Of a stretch of DNA of 64,000 nucleotides, positions 55,140 through 64,000 are shown one piece after another. The stretch comes from Octopus vulgaris. Its lineage: Eukaryota. The notes beneath the pieces were generated by a model. The model had not been told where the DNA came from, made no database searches, and was given only the letters and a program-made list of their open reading frames with translations. Position 1 is the stretch's first letter. Every line of letters begins with the position of its first letter. The stretch covers positions 10,726,001-10,790,000 of the forward strand of contig OX597842.1 of NCBI GenBank assembly GCA_951406725.2, written 5' to 3'. The translations under genes were made by a program, and so were the position numbers.

Positions 55140-56100
55140 CATTTAACCCCTGATCCAGTTAGACCTATGATCAAAGACTTTCTAGCTGTGAACAACCCGT
55201 CTAATATTCAGGCCTAGTGTATCTAGGACTACATTATCTAATGGTTGCTGCTGTTGTTTTAGCCATTTATCTAATGTACACTATAGTAGCCAGTATTAAT
55301 GTCTATAGTTATTGATGTTGTTGTTTAGCCCCAGGTCAGTCCTGATCCAGGCAGACCTATGACCAAAGATGTTCCATCTGTGACCATCCCATCTATAATT
55401 CAGGCCTAGTGTATCTAGGACTACATTATCTAATGTATAGTACAGGAGTTAGTAGCTATAGTTGTTGCTTAGCCCTAGGTCAGTCCTGATCCAGACAGGT
55501 CTATGATCAAAGATGTTCCAGCTGTGACCATCCCATCTTTTATTCAGGCATAATATATCTAGGACTACATTGCCTAATGTATAGTACAGTAGTTAGAATC
55601 AGTAACATTAGCAGCTGCTGCTGGGCCCAAGACGTGTCTTGTTCTAGGCTAACCCATAATCAAACGTGTTCCGTTCATGACCATCCTATCTTTTACTCAG
55701 GTATAATATATATTGGAGTACATAATTTAACGTAGGGTGGTCTTTATTAACGGTTAATTAATGGCGGCGAGCTACCAGAATCTTTGGCGCATCGGGTAAA
55801 ATGCTCAGCGGAATTTCTTCAGGCCTTAGGATCTGAGTTCAAATTCCGCCCAGGTCGACTTTACATTTTATCCTTTCAGGGCCAATAACTCAAGTACCAG
55901 TAAAACGCTGGGGTCGATGTAATCTATTATTCCCCTCCCCCAATATTTCCGACCTTATATCTTTAGTGGAAAGGGTAATTAGGGGCTATATATGTTGTTG
56001 TTGGTGTTGTTGTTGTTTAGTGCCTGGTGGGTTCTGATCCTGGAGACCTATCATCAAACCTCTAATGAAATACGTTCCACCTGTGACCATCCCATCTTTT
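55140..56100. repeat. Inverted copies of the 144-bp satellite unit (55140-55720, 56010-56100)
   Basis: Reverse complement of the 51-53 kb units. Confidence 0.88.
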
Positions 56101-56445
56101 ATTGAGATTCTGTCTCTATATATTCATTTATAGATGTATATTGAAATAGATATGCAATCAACTACCAACGTCACTTGGGTATCTTTGTGCGTAGATATAT
56201 ATATATACATGTGTATATGCATGCCTGTATGTATGTATGTATGTATGAATGTTTGAATCTATATATGTATATATTTGTATGTATGTATATATGTATATAA
56301 TTTTATGTATATATTTGTATGGATGTATTTGTATGTATGTATGTATGTATGAATGTGAGTGTATGTATGCTACGTTATGTGTGTATATATGAATGTATGT
56401 GTATATGTGATGTTATGTGTGTATGTATATATCAGTGTTTGTATG

Positions 56446-56485
<40 letters not shown>

Positions 56486-57014
56486 CGTGTGTGTGTGTGT
56501 ATGTATGATTGTATGCTCGAATGTATGTATATGTTATGTGTGTATGTATGTATGTATGTATGTATGTATGTATGTATGTATGTATGTATGCATGTATGTA
56601 TGTATGTTATGTTATGTGTATGTGTGTATATATTATATACGTTATGTATGTATGTGAGTGTATGTTGTTATGTTGTGTATGTATATATGTAAGTACGTAT
56701 ATGTGTATATGTGAGTGTATATATGTATGTACACATGTATGTACATATGTGTGTGCACATGTATGTATATATATACGTATATATATTTGTATATATACGT
56801 ATATATATTTGTATATATATGCATATATATGTATATATATTTGTATATATATGTATATATATGTATATATATATGTATATATATTTGTATATATATATAT
56901 GTATATATATGGATGTATATATATGTGTGTGTATTGTTCTGTATCCAGCAGTTTTTGTAAGTTATTAAATGAAAATAAAATTAATCATCCGGGTATTCTA
57001 AATTGCCCATAATT

Positions 57015-57863
57015 ATCATCACCTCCTACACCACCGCCACCATCTGCACCACCGTCGCCGCCTCCATCGCCGTCTCCATCATCTTCATCATCATCAGCAG
57101 CAGCAACAGCAGCAGCAGCATCGTCGTTATTATTAGCGTTATTATTGTCATTAGTCATCATTTTTAATTTGTACTAATCATCATGATTACTACACACTCA
57201 CTTTTATTTCATCAACATTAATCACCACCATCATCATCATCATCATCATCATCGTCGTCGTTATCATCATCATAAGCATCAACACTATCAGCAACAGGAG
57301 CATCGTTATATTTAATATAGTATTTACGATCATCATCATCATCGTCATCATCGTCATTACCACCGTCATCGTCATCATAAGCATCAACGTCATCTATATC
57401 ATCATTATCATCACTATCATCATCATTCCCGTTATCATCATCATCATCATCAATATCGTATTCATCATCATCATCATCACCATCATCACCATCATTATCG
57501 TCATCATCATAATCATCATCATCGTCGTCATCGTCATCGTCGTCATCATCATCATCATCATCATCCTCACCATGCGCATCATCATCATCGCCATCATCAT
57601 CATCGTCGTCATCATCATCATCATCATCATCATCACCGTCGTCTTCGTCATCATCATCATCATTATCGTCGTCGTCGTTGTCATCGTCATCATCATCATC
57701 GCCATCATCATCACCAACATCATCATCATCATCCTCATCGTCATCATCACCATCACCATCACCATCATCGTCGTCATCATCATCATCAATTCCCTCCTCC
57801 TCCTCCTCATCTACATCACTATCACCATCATCATCATAATCATCATCATCATCGTCGTCATCG

Positions 57864-57910
<47 letters not shown>

Positions 57911-58050
57911 TCCCTCCTCCTCCTCATCTACATCATCATCATCATCATCATCATTTCCATTGTTCTTCCTGTTATTATTTATCGCCATTGTTATCATCGT
58001 CATCGCCGTCATCGTCGTCGTCATCACCATCCTCAGCGCCATCCTCTTCG
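57015..58050. repeat. (CAT/CGT)n compound microsatellite; similarly (CAC)n at 59145-59778 and (CTT)/(CAT)n at 60795-61045
   Basis: Directly visible. Confidence 0.95.
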
Positions 58051-58429
58051 TTATCGTTTTTATTTCTACTGAACATATATATTTATTAATTATTCCGACA
58101 TTAATTTAGTATTTTTAATTGCAAATTCTCTATTTGTTTCGATATATCATTATTGGAAGAATATATGAGTATATACACACAAAACACACACATAAACACA
58201 TATATATATATAAAGATGCATACATACATACATATATATACACAAGCATACATAGATACATATATACATACGTAGATCATACATACAAATTTACATATAT
58301 GTAAATGTGGATATATATATATATATATATATATATAGGTAGGTATATATGTTAATAATTGTGCGTGTGTATACATGTTGATATATTCGGAGAGAGAGGA
58401 AATGAGAGTGGAGGCTAAATTGATAGATT

Positions 58430-58472
<43 letters not shown>

Positions 58473-58536
58473 CATGCATGGATTGATAGATAGATAAATA
58501 AGATTGATAGACAGATTGATAGATAGACAGACAGAG

Positions 58537-58598
<62 letters not shown>

Positions 58599-58718
58599 AC
58601 AGATAGATACACAGATAGATAGATGGATGGTTAAATAGATAGACAGGTATATATAATTATGTGTGTGTGTGTGTGTGTTTGGATAGACAGGCAAGCAGGG
58701 AGATAGATAGATAAGTAT

Positions 58719-58805
<87 letters not shown>

Positions 58806-60127
58806 TGTATATATGTAGATGGATAGAGAGAAAGAGAATAGAGGGTGTGTTTAGACAGACACACAGAGAGATAGTCAGACAGATATATAGATAAAGAGAC
58901 AGATAGAAGGATGTATATATAGATAGATTAACAGATAGGTCGGTAGGTAGCTAGAAATATAAGGTGATATCTAGATAGATAGGTGAGGAGGTAGGTGGTT
59001 AGGTAAATGAAGAGGGAGACTGTTCGAGTCGTGCAAACATATTTTGTGTAATTAATTATATATTTACTGATTTAATGTCTCGAAACTAGACTGAAATAAC
59101 ACTTACATCTGTGAAACAAACATCACACTTCCCAATAAGGCCTTCACCACCAACACCGAAAACCAACAGAACAACCAAAGCCACCATCACCACAACCATC
59201 ACTATCGCCGGCACCACCACCACCGAAAACCAACGGAACAACCAAAGCCACCACCATCACCACTACCACCCCAATTATCACCGCCACGAGCGCCACCACC
59301 ACAACACCCATCAATACCTCCCGCCACAACCACAACAACCACCACCATCACATAGACCGCCGCCGCCACGACCATCACCACCACAACCACCATCATTAAT
59401 CCTACCGCCACCACCACCACCACCACTACCACCACCACTACTACCACCATCATCACCGCCGCCACCATCATCACCGCCGCCACCATCACCACCCACATTG
59501 CCACCATAACCACCACCATCATCATCATCACCACCACCACCACCATCACCACCACCACCACCACCACCACCACCACCACCACCACCACCACCACCACCAC
59601 CATCACCACTACCACCACCACCACCACCACTACCACCACCATCATCATCATCATCACCATCGTCACAACCACCATCATTAATAATACCGCCACCACCATC
59701 ACCGCCACCACCATCACCACCACACCACCACCACTACACCACCATCATCACCACCACCACCATCACCATCACCACCAGCTGTCACCTTCCCCCGACACAG
59801 CAAAGCAAAACCCGCCGTAAACGACCATTTAGAAAACATCCCCGGTTTAAAAGACAAAAAAACCAATAAAGCGGAAAAGAAATGACAGGAAGAACAAAAG
59901 CGAGAGAGAGACTCTCGATAAAGAACAGGAAATAAAGAGGACGAGAAAATAATAGTTCGGCAGTGAATACATCAAAAGCAGTCATTAGTTAAACGTAATG
60001 ATGTCATCAGGTTTAATGGTTATTGTTGTAAGTGTTGTTGATGATGTGGTTTGTGTGTGTGAGTCAGTGTGTGTATGTGTATATATGTATATATATATAC
60101 ATTTATATATATATATACATATAAATG

Positions 60128-60170
<43 letters not shown>

Positions 60171-60184
60171 GTATATATTTATAA

Positions 60185-60228
<44 letters not shown>

Positions 60229-60307
60229 GTATTACATATGTATGTATATAAATATATAAAGATATCAATATATGCGTACATATATATATATATATTTAGA
60301 TACACAC

Positions 60308-60348
<41 letters not shown>

Positions 60349-60942
60349 CATATATATATATACATATATGTATATATATACATATTATATATATATGTAT
60401 ATACATGCTTATACACACACATGCAAAAGCATGTACAAAGGTTTATATATACATTTAATTACACGTATAAATTAATAGATATATATGTGTGTTTATGTGT
60501 GTGTGTATTTATTTGCATATATGTGTGTATGTGTGAAGGTGTGTATGTATGGTTTTAGAAATTGATAAATTTTAATAAATTCTTGGGTAAATTGTTTTTC
60601 TTCAGAAAATTAAGCTAAATTAACTCGAACTGTTGTAATTTTTCAAATGAAGATTATAAGACATTGTGTGTGTATATATATATATATGTGTGTGTGTATG
60701 TGTGTGTGTGTGTGTGTGTGCATTTATGTGTGTTTGTTTGTGTATGTGTGTGTGTGTTCACACACGTCCGTGTAATTTTCTGTATTCTCATTTCTCTTCT
60801 TCTTCTTCTTCTTCTTCTTCTTCTTCTTCTCCTCCTCCTCCTCCTTCTTCTTCTTCTTCTTCTTCTTCTCCCTCTTCTCCTTTTCTTCTTCTTCTTCTTC
60901 TTCTCCTTCTTCTTCTTCTTCTTCTTCTTCTTCTTCTTCTTC

Positions 60943-60989
<47 letters not shown>

Positions 60990-61408
60990 TATCATCCTCA
61001 TCATCATCATCATCATCTTCTTCTTCTTCTTCTACTTCTCCTTCTTCTGTTTGCAAATATGTGCGTATTTTCATATATTTTTGTATATTTTATATGTGTG
61101 TATGTATGTGATTGTGTGTGTATGTTTTTGTGCGTTTGTCTGTAAATGTATGTGTGTGAAAAATGTGTGTGTGTGCGTGTGTGTGTAAAATGTAAAATAT
61201 TTTACACTTACGAATATTGTTTCGTGTGTCCGGATATGTATTTTCATATGTAAACATCTGTGTGTGTTTTGCGTACAATTGTATGCGTCTGTCTATGTTC
61301 GGATGAATGCGATTGGCTGGAAATGAAATGTGTGTATTTGTAAATTAATGTATGTATTTGTTTTGTGTTGTATGTTTGTACGTGTATGTGTTTGTGTATT
61401 ATTCTCTG

Positions 61409-61446
<38 letters not shown>

Positions 61447-61490
61447 ATCAATGTGCTTGCGTATTTGTATAATATATACATGCGTACTTG

Positions 61491-61525
<35 letters not shown>

Positions 61526-61599
61526 ATCTATCTATCTATATATATATATATACGTGCGCGCACACACACAAACATACACACACACAACACGATGTCGTT

Positions 61600-62200
61600 C
61601 CCTAGTTCAAAAGCAGACATTGTCACGATGCCAAAACGTATTTCTGCTCGGGAGTACAGCATCGAAGTATTTTGCTTTTCGGTGTTTGATAAGCGCCCGG
61701 ATCTTGTGAATTACTTTAGTATGTTTTTTCGCTTCGCCAAGCAGAGTCTGTCTCTCCTCCTTACATAAATACAAGACCCATGTTGTTCCAACAATTTCCA
61801 CTTCATTTTGTACTGCATAAAACAGGCTAAGTTTGTAACATGGCGCTATTCCTGAAACCTAAAACAGTATCTGTGACTATTCAGCTACGTTTTAAACGTG
61901 CTCTCCGTTAACTTTGCATAATTTTATATATGTGTCGCTCCATTTTTAATGTAAGACGCTAAATTTGCTTCAGCTACCACACATTCTGTGTTGCATTGAC
62001 CGTTCTCTGGGCTCTCAATGTAAATACTGTATGCACATGATGCATCTGCATGGAGTTTTGGAGTACTCAGTATAATTGTTTTGACGCTAGCACCTCAGTT
62101 AAGTAATTGAATATATTCCTATACCTATGATCCTGAGGAAAATGCTTATTTACGAATCTAACACAGACCTACAAACCCACTTGCCTGTTTCTATGTTTAG
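61600..62200 (-). mobile_element. Penelope-like element ORF remnant (RT C-terminus/linker to GIY-YIG C-terminus), frameshifted
   Basis: Pieces RFVNKHFPQDHRYRNIFN, RNSAML, MKWKLLEQ, RLCLAKRKNIL and ILRCC..EQKYVLA fit the recalled PLE motifs KHFP..H.L.KIFN, NST.LS, IKW.IL, C.LCL.EK..IL and C.H..KF.L. Confidence 0.7.
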
Positions 62201-62860
62201 TTCCCTCTCTCACCCTCCTTTCTCTCCCCTGCTCCTTTTTGTCACTTTCCGTTACAATCTCTAACTAAACTAGAAACCTCGATCCTCAGGCCACCAATCC
62301 ACTGTAAGCACATGCAAACCTCATCGCCTAACAGACACATACAGAGAACTAATGCAGTCACACTAAGAAACCACACACACAAACATGCACATACACACAC
62401 ACTCGCACACAGAAGCCCACAATCAGACGAGCACCACACACGTATACACACACAAGCATACACAAACACACACACACTCACACAAATATACAAACGGACA
62501 CACACACACATAGAAATACGGATACTCGTACGGATACACAAATTCCCACATAACGCCCTTAAACACACACAAACACACTCATACACTCACATACACACGC
62601 GCACACACAAACACGCACGCTCACACAAACCCACAAACACACACACACTCGCAAATACACACACACGCACACTCGCAAACACACACACACACACACTCGC
62701 AAATACACACACACACACACACACACATTCGCAAACACACACACTGGTATACACACACTTGCACACAAAAAAACACACGCAGACATAAACGCACTCACAC
62801 ACACACACACACAAACTCTTGCACACAGACACACATGTTCGTGCACACACAAACACATTG

Positions 62861-62891
<31 letters not shown>

Positions 62892-64000
62892 CACACAAAT
62901 ACACTCGCACACGCAAACGCACTCGCACACATACCTACACATACACACACACAGAGTCGTACAGTCGTACACAGGCAGTGTTCTGTCATAACGCACATTC
63001 ATTTAAAACTTGGGAAACATCTGTAAGTCAGAATGCTACTCGGTTATCTCCCTTCTCTTTGAAGCATCCTTATTTTACGGTCCTCGCGGAGTACTTTAAC
63101 TCGTTGCTTTTCTGTCGATGTTGAAGTTGTCGAGGGTCTACGTTTGAGAGCGTGTGAGGGCGAGACAAGGTGTATGGGTGTATGTGTGAGAGAGAAGAAA
63201 GGGGAAGAGCGAGAGAAAAAGAGAAAGAGGGAGAGAGTGTGTGTGTATGTGCTTATGAGTGAGTGAGGCGGAGAGAGTGAGAGAGAGAGAGAGAGTGTGT
63301 GTGTGTATGCATGTGTGCATTCCATGGTGTGCGTGTGAGTGAGAAGGAAAGAGAAAGAAAGAAAGAAAGAGAATGTGTGTGTGTGTACGTTCGCTGGTGT
63401 GTGTATGAGTGAGTGAGAGAGACAGAATCACTGAGAGAGAGAGAGAGAGAGTGTGTGTGTGTGTGTGTGTGTGTTTGTGTATGTATGTATGTGTGTGTCT
63501 GCGTTCGCTGGCGAGCGTATGAGAGTGTGTGTGTATGTGTTTGTGTGTGAGTGTGTGTGTGTGTGTGTCCGTTCGCTGGTGTGTGTATGAGTGAGTGAGA
63601 GAGACAGAAACAGAGAGAGTGTGTGTGTGTATGTGCTGTGTGTGTGTGTATGTGCTTGTGTGTGTGTATGAGTGGGTGAAAGAGAAAGAGACAGAGAAAG
63701 GTGTGTATATATGCGTGTATATATGAGTGTATATATGCGAGGGGTAAGGAGGGAGAGATAGTGTGGACATAAGACAGAGGGAAGCAGAGGGAGAGTGGTG
63801 GGGGAAAGAGAGACGGTGTGTAAATAAGAGAGTGAAAGAGAGAGAAGGAGAGACGGGCTAATGGTGTATGCATTGAGAGAGAGAGGGAGAGAGGGGGGTG
63901 AAGGGCAATGGTATTTTAGACACGAGGGAAAGAGGTCAAGATGGAGAGATGGTGAGTATTATATAAATGTATTGTTAATTACATATATATAAGTATATAT

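Noticed and set aside
57190-58072. Acidic poly-Asp ORF resembling biomineralisation proteins
   Set aside because: (CAT)n microsatellite; no signal peptide or exon boundaries supportable.
59111-59723. Pro/His-rich and Gly/Val-rich ORFs
   Set aside because: (CAC)n microsatellite.

Overview
Eukaryotic, very repeat-rich genomic DNA. The SINE families and the (TA)n/(TG)n/(AAT)n load are typical of a coleoid cephalopod, most likely Octopus; this is inferred, not proven. The only host coding sequence I can support is the last exon of a GGA-type clathrin adaptor (6837-6929, +), followed by a probable 3' UTR, so 1-6836 is probably part of its last intron. The rest is microsatellite, three tRNA-derived SINE families, LINE remnants (CR1-like, RTE, R4/Dong-like), Penelope-like elements (PLE), Helitron/HINE-like elements, mariner and Gypsy fragments, and several satellites that visibly grew out of transposon segments. 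There is a 100-N gap at 19719-19818. Almost all ORFs in the supplied track are low-complexity artefacts. The most interesting signals are four: (i) a family of minimal type I hammerhead ribozyme motifs, including an almost intact pair on opposite strands of a 132-bp palindrome (44384-44515) and a 348-bp terminally redundant retrozyme-like unit (28141-28514); (ii) a solitary tRNA-like or vault-like Pol III gene candidate with upstream CRE and TATA and a hairpin-T5 end (9587-9766); (iii) a 4.7-kb 14-bp satellite expanded inside a SINE head, most units carrying a Runx site plus an E-box; (iv) SINE tandem multimers with an identical self-complementary junction at two loci. Coordinates were counted by hand and may be off by a few bases; no searches were run.
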